Below, one piece after another: positions 37,130-50,578 of a stretch of 64,000 nucleotides of DNA. The stretch's first letter is position 1. Each line of letters opens with the position of its first letter. The position numbers and the translations under genes were made by a program. Source of the stretch: Tricharina praecox (lineage: Eukaryota); NCBI RefSeq assembly GCF_024521635.1, contig NW_026250412.1:124001-188000 (forward strand). Reading direction: 5' to 3'. The notes beneath the pieces were generated by a model that ran no database searches, had not been told where the DNA came from, and saw nothing but the letters and a program-made list of their open reading frames with translations.

Positions 37130-39133
37130 ATGCGCCCACGACAGCACAACTCGGGCTCTCCCGAGCGTGCTCCCTCCGAGAGCTCGTCGGGTAGTAGTCC
37201 TGAACGCATGCTCGACGATGAGCAGGACATCATGATGATCAACGACGACTCGCAGACTACGATCGGCGAACTCACCGGCTTCCGGAACATGGCGGTGTCC
37301 CCCGGCCAATCCCAGAAGACCACAGTACCCTTGAGCCCCGTACATCGCCTGCCGGCCGAGCTGCTGATGGCCATATTCAGCAAGTTGTCGTCACCCGTGG
37401 ACCTGACTCACTGCATGCTGGTTTCGAAGCAGTGGGCCAACTGCAGCGTGGAGCTGTTGTGGCAGCGACCGTACTTCGGCAAGTTCGAGCAGTACCAGAA
37501 GATGGTCACAGCCTTGCTCTCGGAGAACGCGTTCTTCGCATACCCGCAGTTGATCCGACGACTCAACCTCAACCTGATCTCGGAACTCGTCAATGACGGA
37601 TCGCTCGAGCCGCTGACCCAGTGCACCCGGCTCGAGAGGCTTACCTTGACCAATTGTTCGCAACTGACGGATTCGCCGCTTCAGGAGATCCTGCAGCGCA
37701 ACCCGCGCCTCCAGGCGCTGGATCTGTCTCAGATGGTGAACATCACCGACCAATCGATGCAGGCCGTCGCCGAAAACTGCCCGAGGCTGCAAGGATTGAA
37801 TCTGGCCGGATGCAAGCAGATCACGGATGTCTCTCTAATACCTTTATCGCAGAATCGTAGGATGTTGAGAAGGGTGAGTTCCTCGTGATTTCGTGTTAGG
37901 GCTCGCGGAACGAAGCTAACACTTGCAGTTAAAACTCAATGACTGCGTCGAAATCACCGATAATACTGTTCTTGCACTCGCAGCCAACTGTCCTCAGCTT
38001 CTCGAGATCGATTTCCACCGCTGCCACCAAATATCGGACGACTCGGTTACGCACCTACTCTCGAATCTTAAGCACCTTCGAGAATTGCGGCTGGCGTACT
38101 GCGATCTCCTGACCGACGATGCTTTCCTGCACCTTCCGCCGCACAAAACCTTTGAGTCTCTCCGGATTCTGGACCTTACCGACTGCGGACTCGTCACCGA
38201 CGAAGCGGTCGATAAGATCGTCAAGATGGCGCACCGCCTGCGCTATCTGATCCTCGCGAAATGCCGCAACATCACGGACAGAGCCGTCCACTCCATCACA
38301 AGGCTGGGCAAGAACCTCCACAACCTGCACCTCGGCCACTGCAGCAACATCACGGACCATGCCGTCTCGCAGCTGGTGCAGAGCTGTACCAGAATCAGAT
38401 ACATCGATCTGGCGTGTTGTCTGCGACTCACCGATGCAAGTGTGTGCCAGCTTGCGTTGCTACCGAAACTTAGAAGGATCGGACTAGTCAAGTGTAACAA
38501 CATTACGGATTTCGCGATTCAGAGTCTAGGCAGACGACCCAGCAACTCGCCTTGCCCACTCGAGAGGGTGCATCTGAGTTACTGCATGAATCTTACTGTC
38601 AAGGTATGTTCCGTCCTCGCCGTCGGTCGTTTATCACTCGATGTATTATACTGGACTAAATCCCACCAACTTGACATAGGGAATTACCGACCTCATCAAC
38701 CATTGCCAGCGCCTGACGCACCTGTCCCTGACCGGCGTGGAAGCATTCTACAGGAGGAAGGACTACACCAAGTTCTGCCGGTCGCCACCGAAGGGTATGT
38801 CATGTCTTGTCTTACGCGCAATCCCCGTCCCTTACCACCGCAATACTAACCCGCCCGTCCCTAGAATTCAACGACAACCAGCGCGCCGTATTCTGCGTCT
38901 TCTCTGGCAGCGGCGTAAAGCAGCTGCGCAACTACCTGAACCAGCAGAAGGCGAGCGAGGACCGCCAGGCAAGAGAACCTAGAGACAGAGACCAACCGGG
39001 CCAAGCCCAGGGCCAGGGCCAAGCCGAAAACACCGGCCAAGGCGAGCAGGCGGATAATCTGTGGGATGATGGTGATGGCGGCATCGGCCTGGGCGGGCTG
39101 GATGATGAGGCGAGTGATTATGAGCTGCATTAG
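37130..39133 (+). CDS. GRR1: SCF F-box / leucine-rich-repeat protein Grr1 (GrrA), ~600 aa, 4 exons (37130-37873, 37929-38603, 38680-38794, 38865-39133)
   Basis: F-box LPAELLMAIF..CMLVSKQWA..VELLW, IRRLNL, RLERLTLTNC, multiple AMN1-type LRRs, LERVHLSYC, LTHLSLTGV and FNDNQRAVFCVFSG. Confidence 0.95.
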
Positions 39134-41999
39134 GCACTGATGCGTGGAATGGTTGCATATTAAGACAGAATGATTTGTTGGTGACTCGTTGGGGTTTACT
39201 TTACACACTGGGTTTTTTTTTGCTTTTCTGGGGGTTTTTGGGCTGGGCCGGGGCGGGTGTGGTGCATTGGCGCGTAGGGAATGGAAAGGAGTACAGTACA
39301 GTGTGCGATGATAGCTAGATTGGGGAGCGATGGGACTTCTTTGGGGTGGTGGATGTATATCTATGTTGCGGGATGCGGGTTGCAGGTTGCAGGTTACGGG
39401 ATGCCGGGCGGGGCGGGATATGAGGCGGGCTGGGGGCGGCGGAGTCGTGCGCGGGTGTTGCTCTTGTTTTCTTTTCTAGTCGTTTCTGCACTATTATTGC
39501 TGCTGTATGTTTGTTTTTGTCCTGCTGGATAAGTACAATGCTTTCTGCGTTTCTACAAGTTCTACAAGTTACAAGCTCTGCTACTTAAGCACATAAAGTA
39601 CCTGCCGAGGGCTGACTTTGTAGCTACCTTGAGGGTTCGTTCTGTATTACTGTGTTACTGTATGCTATCTATATTTGTTGCAGCTACCTACCTATTGGAT
39701 TATTGGTTTTGCGGAGAAGTGGAGAAGTGGAGAAGTGTACCGGTACTAGTAGGTGGTCTACCTACCTAAGAGAGCTGAGCTGAACTGATGAGATGAACGG
39801 TAATCTGTTGATTTATATGCGAATCCAATGGGAATTCAAGGGGAAGCCAATGGGAAATCAATGCACTGGTTCATGTACTGGTTCATTGGTTCATGGACTG
39901 TCACGCGGGCATGGGGAGTGAGATTGTGTGGATCCACCGTTCCTTCATTCCTTCACTGACAAATTAGTATATGAGGGTCGCCATGGTCTGGACAGGCCGT
40001 ATGCGGCAGAAATTGATGCTCTCTCTCTCCCTCTCTCCCTCTCTTTTCTGGTACTATCCGTCCAGTTCTGTCCAGTTCTGTCCTGTCCTATTCTGCATTT
40101 GCACCCCATCCCGCTTGCTGCGGGAATCACCAGCATGCACCGCCGCACCGGTTCGATGTATGTACGTTCGCCTCACGAGTCACGAGTCACAGCTCGGCCT
40201 TCGTCTCGATGCTCACCCGGCCGGCCTGCCTGTTTGCCTGCCTTCGTCGGTGTCTGCCATGCCATGCCATGCCATGTTGGTGCCTAAAACCCACCGGACG
40301 AAGTGGACCGGTAGGCTGTCTGTTTGTCCGTTTGTCTGGATGGTGATATTGATATGTACCCTACCTACCTACACCGTCATGGGACGGCTACGGACCTACG
40401 GTATTGGTGTGGGGGTGGGGTTCAACAGCAAGTTTAAAGGCGGGCAAATACGTACCTACCTCTGTAAGTACCGTATGCAATCAATCTACCATCCACCATT
40501 CACCTATCCCCCAATACCCCATCGCATCGCATCGTACATTCCTCCCATCCTTCCATCCTCCCATCCTCCCATCCCATCTAGCCGTCAGCCTCGTGGTCAG
40601 CTGAGCATATACACTCAATATACGCCCTACCGCATTCCGCGTTTCGTGCGGTGGCCGCATCACTCGCAGGCTCCGTCCCCTCCAGCTCCATCTCCTCCAG
40701 CTCTCTTCCCTCCAGCCGTACGGGAACATTCTTCGTTTCCATCCATGTCCGGGGAACGATTAAGTTGTCAGCAGGGCGCGGATGATCCATTCCGCTGTTC
40801 CGTGGTAGCTTTGCATACCTAACCATAACTTAACCATACTTAACACTTAACCAACGGACGGTAACGGCGGGTGCGTGGAGGCAGCCAGTCAATCAATCGT
40901 AAATGCCCGGTAAGGCAAGGCAATCGTACATACAGGTACTATCTAATCTATGTACGCATGCGGCGGGTAATGCCGGCGCTGGCGCCGTCGATGCACAGAT
41001 GTATGGCGCAGATGTAGATACCACAGATGTAGATACCGATGCGCCCGTCTAACTTCGTCTCGATTTCTGGGGGGGTCGGATCTCGCTAGTTTGGCATTTG
41101 TGCTGGGCTGGAATAGAGTGACGTCGAAATATTGTGGTGGGGTGGGGGCAAATAGCTGCAAACTCCCTCCTGTACCATTTCAATCGATCCATCCGGTGGG
41201 TAGGTAGAGGTCATCATTGTCACGCCGGAGTTCCTGAATTCCGTCGATATGAGCTCCAGAGTCCAGAGTCCAGATACAGATCGAGAGAATAATCAAGTTA
41301 TTGTCGCATAGCAAGTATGGCCTGTCCAGACCAGGTATGTACATGGCGACTAATCCACCGATATGTCAGCAACGGCGGCGGCAAACATTCCCCACGCACC
41401 CGCGTGATGGGATATGACACGCGCGCGGAATCGGCGGGCGAGGGAGCGAGGGAAGGAACGGACGGACGCCGGCGAAGCTCAAGACGGCAGGCAGGCCATT
41501 GGTGCTGGTTAGGCATCCACTTCTTCCAAGCCCCAAGGCCAGAAAGACAGCAGACATCTCATGTACTGGCAGCCGAAATAGCTACTCTACATACATCACA
41601 TACCTTCGCGATGAGTTACATCTCGATGTGCGAAGATCTTCACCGGCTCCTTCCCCTGTACGCACGTGCAGTATCAGGTCGCAGTGTCGGGCAGTTACAT
41701 ATCCGCATCCGAGTGTATACGCCATACATACGCCGCAGCCCTGCATCCCATCCATATTTGTCTGTCTATACATACATACATACATGCTAGTTTTATGTAG
41801 CTGTATTAGCAGAAGTAGTCGCTGAGTATGTTATGTACGATAGCATGCGCCGGGATTCCATGGCGACTCGCAGTCAGTCGGATTGATTATAAATACGGCA
41901 GGACGCTCGTTCGTTTTCCACCGTCGGTGGCTTCTGTTCTGGACACTCGGGGCCGTTGTTTGCAAGCCTTCTACATACCCGCACCTACTTACACACACG

Positions 42000-43651
42000 A
42001 TGTCTCCGACCACCACCGATGACCGCATCTCGACCAGCGAGCATCCCGGCCGCCGCCATTCGCACTCCAATGGCAATGGCAACGGAAAGGTCAATGGCCG
42101 CTCCCAGGTCTCGCCACCACTGCCGTTCATATCCACGCGCGTCTCCAAGAACATTGGCGATGTGGCGATAATGGAGCGGTTCGCACGCATACTGGCCGAT
42201 CAGTACCATGCCGAACACAATCCGGAGGGAATCATCAACCTGGGCGTTGCCGAGAATGTATGTTTCGCGGTGGGGCGGATTAGTGGGTGGTGAAGATTCT
42301 GTGGGCTAATATGTGCGTGGTACATAGGCGCTGATGTATCGAGAACTCACCGAGTTTATCAACAAAACTGTAAGTCCCCTCTGCGGCGTGACGTATGCAT
42401 GGTGGGGTTGGTTGACAGTAGCGGCGGTGGTGGTGGGGTGACAGCTCACGGTCGACAACTTCACGTGCACGTACGGCTCCGGGCCCACCGGTGGCGCCGC
42501 GCTGCGCACCGCGCTGAGCGGGCTATTCAACACCCGCTTCCGGCCGTTCACCACCGTGACACCCAGCCAGATCGTTGTCTCCGCGGGGGTGACCACGCTG
42601 CTCGAGTCCCTCGCCTGGACGCTCGCGGACCCAGAGGACGGCATCCTCGTCGGCCGCCCATTCTACAGCGCCTTTCCCAACGACTTCTACGCGCGGGCGC
42701 GGGTGCACACCGTCGCCGTTGGGTTCCACGGCAGCGACCCGTTCGCCGAGAGCTGCGTGGGTTACTACGAGCGGGCGCTGCAGGAATGGAACGGGCGGCC
42801 GCTGGTGCCGGGGAAGGTCCGCGCGCTGGTCGTGGTCAATCCCCACAATCCCCTCGGAGAGTGCTACTCCCCAGAAGCCCTGAAAGAGATCATGCGCTTC
42901 TGTCACCGCGAGAGGATCCACTTCGTCTGCGACGAGATCTACGCCCTCAGTGCCTACGATAACCCCCGCGCTGAGAAGTCGTTCACCAGCGCCCTGAGCA
43001 TCGATACCCACGGCATCATCGACCCCGCGCTCGTGCACGTGCTCTACGGGATGAGCAAAGTCCTTCCCCCCGTCCCCTCCCCCCGCCTCCTGCCCCACCC
43101 GCTGACCCCCCCCACGCAGGACTTCAGCGCGAACGGCTTCCGCCTCGGCGCCTTCGTGAGCCAGAGCAACCCGTCGGTGCTACAGGGACTGGGGAGCATA
43201 AGCCACTTCGGCTGGCCGAGCGGCCTGGCGGAGGCAGCATGGACGGCGATCCTCTCGGACGCTGCATTCCTCGACTCGTGGATCACCACCAACTCGCAGC
43301 GACTGGGCGAGAACTACACCCGCGCCACAGCCATCCTGGATTCCCACGGGATCAAGTACCACTGCAAAGGGTGTGTGCCCCCCCCCCCCCCGAGCGCGGC
43401 TAACAGAGTAAAGAAACGCGGCGCTCTTCCTCTGGCTCGACCTCTCCCCCTTCCTGCCAGCGGGGTACGCGGACGCCGTGACGGCGGAGCGGGAGCTCGC
43501 CCGCCGCCTCCTGGAGGCGGGAGTGTTCATTGCCGGCGGTGACGAGTTCCGCGCGGAAACGCCCGGCTGCTTCAGGGTGGTTTTTTCCATGCCCTGGGAC
43601 TGGGTCCAGGAGGGGCTGAACAGGGTTTTGGCGGTTTGTGGGGTTTTGTAG
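42000..43651 (+). CDS. PLP-dependent aminotransferase class I/II, ACC-synthase-like, ~467 aa, 5 exons (42000-42257, 42328-42369, 42445-43059, 43120-43370, 43414-43651)
   Basis: NPEGIINLGVAEN, TYGSG, LADPEDGIL..PFY, NPHNPLG, DEIYALS, YGMSKDF..NGFRLG (PLP lysine), NAALFLWLDL and PGCFRVVFS. Confidence 0.93.
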
Positions 43652-43876
43652 GGTGGTGGGTGTGAAAAAGGGGGGAAGAGGGGGGAGGGTGAGGGTGGGA
43701 GGAGGGGGATAAAAGGGTGGGGATTGAGGGGGGGTGGACGATATATGATACCATGTTTCGTGTTTGTACATGTGATGCTGCGCTGAATAATACCTACCTC
43801 TTACTTACTTAGGCAAAAAATATAGTCATTGGTCCGCGGATTGGCATACCTATGATACCGTACTGCCTCTCCTAGC

Positions 43877-43980
43877 GATCCAGTGATCCAGTGATCCAGT
43901 GATCCAGTGATCCAGTGATCCAGTGATCCAGTGATCCAGTGATCCAGTGATCCAGTGATCCAGTGATCCAGTGATCCAGT
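43877..43980. repeat. (GATCCAGT)13 perfect octamer microsatellite
   Basis: Read directly: 104 bp of perfect 8-mer repeat. Confidence 0.97.
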
Positions 43981-46900
43981 GATGAGAAGTATCCACGGGC
44001 TGGCTAGAACAGAATAGAACCGCCCCGGCACACCGTCTGGGAGCCCAATCCAACCCTCGGAAGACGAACCACCCTCAAGCCCCATGCCCCGACAATGACC
44101 AATGACACCATGAATACACCACCACTATGGTCCATACTCCATGGTCCATACTCCATATCTCCCCGCAGGCTACAATGTACATACCCCGATCTGTCCCCCG
44201 TCCTAGCAGCCTAAACGAGGCCCCTCCACCACCCCCCCCCCCGCCCCCACCAACGTCGGCGTCGACATCGACATCGACATTGAACCGTCCCGCAGGCTGC
44301 GCCTGTTGGCTACCGGCATCGTCAAGGGAATAGGTATCTAGAAACAGGTACCTACCGAGGGCTGTCCCTTGGCAATGGCAATGGCAATGGCACTGGCATT
44401 GGCATTGGCATTGACATCGGCATTGACATCGGCCATTTATGGTATCTGATCGATGGCCATTGCACATTGCCTATTGTCCATTGCCCATTGCCCAGTCAGT
44501 CAGCCGGCCAGCCAGCCAGCCAGCGTGCTCCCTTCGAGGCCCAATAGGTTTTCTCTTCACCATTTCTCACAACGCTAGCATGGACTACTTTGCCCATCAC
44601 CACCACCAAAAGTGCGAGATGCCAAGTACATACTCGTCACTCGTCACTCATCGTCACTCACCGCCTCTGTGCAGGAGCTCGCGGCAACTAGGTATGACAT
44701 TGTCTCCTCTTGAGTCTTTCCCGGCGAATGTTTACTCGTCATCTCCGGAGCCAGCGGAGCCAGCAGAGTCGAGCAAGCATAGTTTGCGGTTGACCAAAGA
44801 TGTACGGTAGGATACCCAGGTACTAGTACTGCAGTAGGATGTCGTGGGGTACCTACCGTGGATCTCGCTACGGATGTATCATATAGGATTTCGGCAATAA
44901 TCAACCTCTACGCCGACGCCGAGGCTGAGCCAGCGGTGGGCAGTGAGGGGTTCTCTTCGGTGGGTACGTGCGTCAGAGCGGGAGCGAGAGCTGTTGCCAG
45001 TTCTGGGATTACACCAAATCAACGATAGTAGAATGGCTGTTATCCGAGCAACGGACTTCGCAGCAATTACTGGACAGTCTGTACCACTCTGGTTCAGTTC
45101 TACGTACTGTATGGATCATAGGTATGGATCCTAGGTGTCATAGATAGATAAGTAGATAAGCTGATGATGTTCCTGTTCCTGTTCCCGCGCGCACATCATG
45201 CCATCATGTATATTTCCTCCCCAAGCGTCCCGTCCATCTTTCCACGCCTTCCCAGCTTCCTGGGCTTCCGCACACGTCGTGTTCATGTCCACTTTGTGTC
45301 TCGCATTATGGGGGGGGGGCTGGGTACGCAGATATCACTCGAGCCGAGTCCGATAATGCGAGTGCGATGTGGTGATTGAACGTTCCCACAAAATCAAATC
45401 AAATGTTGCCGTATCGTTCGTACCGTACCGTATTGATGCCGACAACGGGGCTCTAAGTGGGGCGATGATGTAGATGGTAGTAGATGATAGCTGTGATGGA
45501 TCATGGCACTGCGAGGTGATGATGTGTAAATGAAAGGACGGTTTCCGAAGCTGGCAATACACATGCCGTAGCAATATGTATCAAAGACAAAGAGCATGGA
45601 ATTATCTATCGTAGATATCATAGGTACGAGTGACAGCGGCATTTGGGTTTTGGACGACCTGTTTAGCATGTACAGTATAGGTAGCTGGTCTACCGTAATA
45701 AAGCGACACTACCCGACTGCATCCATCTCCTCCTTCTCCCCACCGGAATCCTCGGTGAGCCAGTCCAGGCATTGTTGTCGCTTTGTTCTCGCCCTCGAGC
45801 CTCGAGCCTTGCGCTCGGAGCTCGGAGCTCGGAGCATCATCCCCGTCCTCAGCTTCAGCTTCACCAGCAGTACCCCGTTTCCCCCGTTTCCCCAGTTTCC
45901 CACGGCCTTACTACGAGTATATTCCCCCCTCCCCCCCTCCAGCGAGCGCCGTCACCACCATCACCACCGGCACCACCGGCACCACCGTCACCATTACCAC
46001 CGCGCAGAGGCACGTCGAAACGCCTATATATATAGAGTACATATCCACTATGTATTCAGCGATCCAGAAGTCTTCGTCGAGCTCCCCGCCCGTCGCCATG
46101 CCCCGCGCCGACCAATTTCCAAGCCCACTCTTTGTGCGTGCGCCCATATATGGTACTACATACCTCCTAGGTAGTAGCCGTCACTCGTCGCCCCAAATTC
46201 TCTATGGCGACGGATGATAACTACACCCCGGGAAACGCGACTTGGCACGCGGGAGCGGATCAAGGAATCAAGGACTCGAACTACTCATACCTTCCTAGTA
46301 TATATACTGGTAAGCAACCGCAGGTCCGCGGTGCGGCGGGAGCTGCGACAGGGTGATGTTTGATGTCTGTCCTGGATTGCGGCGATCAAACCGTTTCGGG
46401 GGGGAGGGCATACTTTACGCATTGCTCGCTCGCGGGGGTACGGGGGTATGGGGCGAGGGGCAGGGGGGAAGGTGAAGGTGAGGATGGGTGAGCGGCGGTG
46501 AGTCGAGTCGCAGTGATCGGGGCCAGCTGAAGTTTGAAGTTTGGACTCGAAGGAGCGGGACCGGTGGCGAAAAGGCGAAAGGCGAACACCGGTAGTTGTT
46601 GTTGTTGCTGTTGCTGTTGCTGTTGTGGCGAGTAGGGAATAGGGCAGAGACGGGCTGGCGGGCTGGCGGGCTGACTCTACATACAGGTAGGCAGTACAGG
46701 CTCCACAGGTTGCACAGGTTCCACACGGCGTAAATACTCGATGTAGGCGCCAGTACCAGTACAAGCCTTGGAAGTTGAGGGTTGTGAGTCCAGTGGCCGG
46801 TACGATGTGCTGCAAGCACATGCTGCCTTCTTTTCACTGTTTGCACGCCCTAGAATACGGTAGCACACTGTACACCTGGAGTCTTGAAATCCCGGAGTCT

Positions 46901-48505
46901 TGAACAGCCCGCCGTCGCCGTCGCAACGCCCAGTCTCCAAGACCCCCAGCCCAGTCGTTCTCCGCGCAGAGCGTCCCACTGTCCCACTTGGAAGAGGCAA
47001 ACAGAGTACAGACACTACAAGTATCACCAGAAGTTACGCCTTCAGTAGGTACTATACATCCTCTATAAAACGAGATCATAACTCGCCACAACTATCAGCA
47101 GGCTGGCAGACTGGCAGCAACTATGCGCACCTTACACGCACTCTGGAGTCTGCGCCCATGGACGACCGAGGCCACGGGATTGCACTCTCCCCCTCACCCA
47201 CCACACGTCACTCAACTCATCCCAACCCAACGTCTGCGCCGGCGTGGAAAACAAAACCCAGCGTGTCAAGCCTCACGACCAACGCTCCTCACGGGGAGTG
47301 TATTTTCCCTTTTTCCTTCTTTTGTTTTTTTTCTTCGGATTTGTTTAAGCACGAGCATGTCCATTTCCCTTCGTTTTTTTTCCTTTTTTCCCCTTCCTTT
47401 CCCTTCTTTTCTTTCCTTTTTTCCTTCCTTTCCCTTCTTTTCTTTCCTTTTTTCCTTCCTTTTTCCTTCCTTTCTTCTGGTTCGAGTCCGTCACAACTTT
47501 CCCCAAGCGGTTTTGTTCAGCGGGAGCCTTCTTGCCGCGTGCATCAAGCTTGTGGATACTAGTAGGGGTGGCTCTGCTAGCTACTCTAGCGCCGACTTAC
47601 TTTGCCGACGACGACGACGACGACGATGGCGGCGGCGGCGCGAGCATGGCACTTCAGTAGGAAGTATGGAGGTATGGATGAGAGGCGAGGGTTCTCTTAT
47701 GATTTTGTTTGTTCGGTTTGTTGAATCATCATCAGCGCTCTTGCGTTATTGCAGTCGACATTTTTACTCTACTCGCGGCACTCTGGATCATGGCTCTCGG
47801 CCCAGGGGCCAGCACTCGTCCGTTGACGCGAGGCGTGGAGAGGCGAGGCGGGGATGTTCCACAATCCAGAATCCAGGCTCCATAACTGGGATAAGGATCA
47901 GGTAGGTGTTGCGAGAGACTTGGGCGGTGAAGGGAGTGGATGTTTGTATGGCCGTGGTGGATTGGAGGATGCCGAATCGTCTGGGTATGGAGGCCTACTA
48001 GAGAAGCCAAATGAGACTTCTTATTCTACCGCGGATAGTGATGTTCTGCTCAAGCGCACTCGAACGTCTGCGCTCGCGATCCGGCCTATGTATTTACCTA
48101 CCTGCCTGTCTCGTATGTGGAGTACCTGCTTCCACCGCTGCTATGCAGAGTATGGTACCTAGTACCGCACCTATCTCATCCGTGCGCCTCGAAGGCTCGA
48201 AGTTTGAACACACCCATTATGATAATGGGTATCCACCTCGTTCACTCTACTTGTACTCTTCCGCCCCGATCTCGGCTCCCACCACCACATACTGACATAC
48301 CGACATGAAGCATACAAGATACCCAGACACCCCGCAGCCGCAGTCGCAGCCGCAGCCTCCGGCATGGATCCCGATTATTGACGTCCGCCCCCGTCCGTCC
48401 GTGTCCCCTGAGCCCTGGTTATCAGGAATCGAGATGGAGACGGAGATAAAGGCACCTAATCGGGGGCTGGTTTCGAACTTTCAATCCGGCCCCGGTCCGT
48501 TGAAG

Positions 48506-48552
48506 CTACAGCCTACAGCCTACAGCCTACAGCCTACAGCCTACAGCCTACA
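48506..48552. repeat. (CTACAGC)n heptamer repeat, ~6.5 copies
   Basis: Read directly. Confidence 0.9.
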
Positions 48553-50504
48553 GGGCCGATAGACGCCTTCCGGATACATAGTTCGTACAAACGCAACACA
48601 GGCAGTAGAAAAACTGTCTGTCTGGCTGTCTGGCTGGCTGGCTGGCTCGCTAGCTGGCGGGCTGAATCGTCGAGGGGTATGTTTTTTTCCGAGTGCAGCT
48701 CCGTGACGCAAACATACCGTCCGTAGCATACCGTAGCATAGAATGTAGGTATCATACGTTGACAGTTGCGCAGGCTCATGCTTACTATGCGCAGCATGGG
48801 ATGGTACATACTTCACCCATACATACAGTACGTTAGGTACGTGCATAGTGAGTGCATGTACAGGTACATGCATTACACTGTTAGGTACATGCACAGGTAC
48901 ATAGAGTACATAGAGTACATACACTTGATCGCCTGACCTCACCATTGCAGTCACTACAGTCACTCAGAGTCGCAGACCCGGGAAACAAAGTGAAGGGTGC
49001 CTTGGACAGTGGACAGTGGAAACTCCGCTCCGTCCAGAGTTGGCATGTAACTTGTAAACTTGTAGGTGATTGGGTATTCCGCACATTACCATCTTGCCAT
49101 GTCAACAAGTCGACGGTTTTGGACGGTTATCCGCCATATCCCGTGAGTGCCGAACTGATCCCACTACTAGTACTCTAGAATACTAGGTGTAGATAGTAGC
49201 ATGGTTGATGTCGACTTGATGATCCCGAACCCGCCCTGTACCTGTACCTGTAGGTATAGAGCGCCTGAGTCCGTTCTCCTACTCCTTCTCCTCCTCCTCT
49301 CTCTTCTTCCCAACCGCGCGCAAAGCTTCCAGAATAGCCCATTTCTTCTCTAGGTAGTCACAGACTCACAGTCAAGGTCGTCGGCCGAGACACCTCCACC
49401 TCCACCTCCACTTCCAAACGTCCAGTACCTGCCTCCATACCTCGCCTGGATACCTAGCCTGGCGAAAAAGCAAAATAGGAAAGAAAAAAATGTGGGGTGG
49501 AGAATCCAGATGTGTGCCAGGGCGGTGTGTGCCAGGAAGATGTTTGCTGGGGAGTGCTGGGGGGCAGCCGGAGATGTGTCCTGGGAAGAGGAGGGGGGAG
49601 GGGAGAGGGGCGAGGGGATGTGAAACGTCGGTGGATTTGTTCGGCTGAGAAGGCCTAAAGGAATTCCCCCCCCCCCCCCCCCCATCACAACCCCCTATAA
49701 TTTTGAAGTGGTGGTCGTGGTCGTTCAACGTTGGAACTTGGTGGATACCATACTGAAAACTGGACAGTGGATACTGGAGATGCAAGAGTGAGGCTTCTCT
49801 TCTGGAAATAGGTACCGGTAGTTGGAAGTTAGGTAGGCCGAGGCGAGGAAGATTGCTTGCTGGATACCGCGACAGGGCTTGGTGGGTGGGTATTTATGTA
49901 CCGTACCTATTGTAATTGAGTTCTCGGAGTTGGAACTTGGGAGAGAAGGTGGTTGAGAGCAGGTGGTTGAGAGAAGGTGGTTGAGAGGGAGAGAGCACTA
50001 GGCACGACTACTACTATCAGACTGCGGCGACAACGATGGCACAGACCCGTCTTAATCGCAGTCGTGATTACGGGATCGCCAGGTCAAGCCTTCAAGGTTC
50101 GGGCCGAGTGCTCGGCGGGCGGATGGGAATCGGCAAGGCCATGCCCCGGGCGATCGAATCACTGTATCATACCTACGCGACCGAGCCGATGGATCGCCGG
50201 TTCACACATACAGCGCGCACCATAGAATTCGCACAACGAGCCATCTAGCTCGAGCTGTGGACCTGTGGACCTATGGTTCGGCCACATCTTCACATCTTCA
50301 CCGGTCTCCCGCCCAGTATCTCCAGCCGCCCGCGATCCGATCCGATCGGCTCAGCCGAAGCTGAGCCACCGTGATATGTACCGCTATGTTCACACCTGAG
50401 GTGAGTGGTGAGTACACCATGGCATGATGGAACCCGGCAACGCCATTCCATCTCGCGAACATACGCGAACGGCATGGCATGGCATGGATCGTGGTTCGCA
50501 CTCC

Positions 50505-50578
50505 GCATTCACCAAGCATCGCATTCACCAGCATTCACCAAGCATTCACCCAGCATTCACCAAGCATCGCATTCACCA
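50505..50578. repeat. GCATTCACC(A) short tandem repeat, ~6 copies
   Basis: Read directly; units of 10-16 bp. Confidence 0.85.

Noticed and set aside
39971..40822. 283-aa plus-strand ORF, and similar ORFs at 46900-47905
   Set aside because: Low-complexity, microsatellite-derived translation with no domain features or coding-like codon pattern.
15521..43651. Secondary-metabolite or other functional gene cluster
   Set aside because: Neighbouring genes are unrelated housekeeping functions; there is no PKS, NRPS or terpene backbone gene.
46272..47489. Pol III B-box-like sequences (AGTTCGAGTCC minus strand at 46272-46282; GGTTCGAGTCC at 47479-47489) as tRNA or SINE
   Set aside because: No A-box or cloverleaf nearby, and one or two matches are roughly what chance gives in 64 kb.
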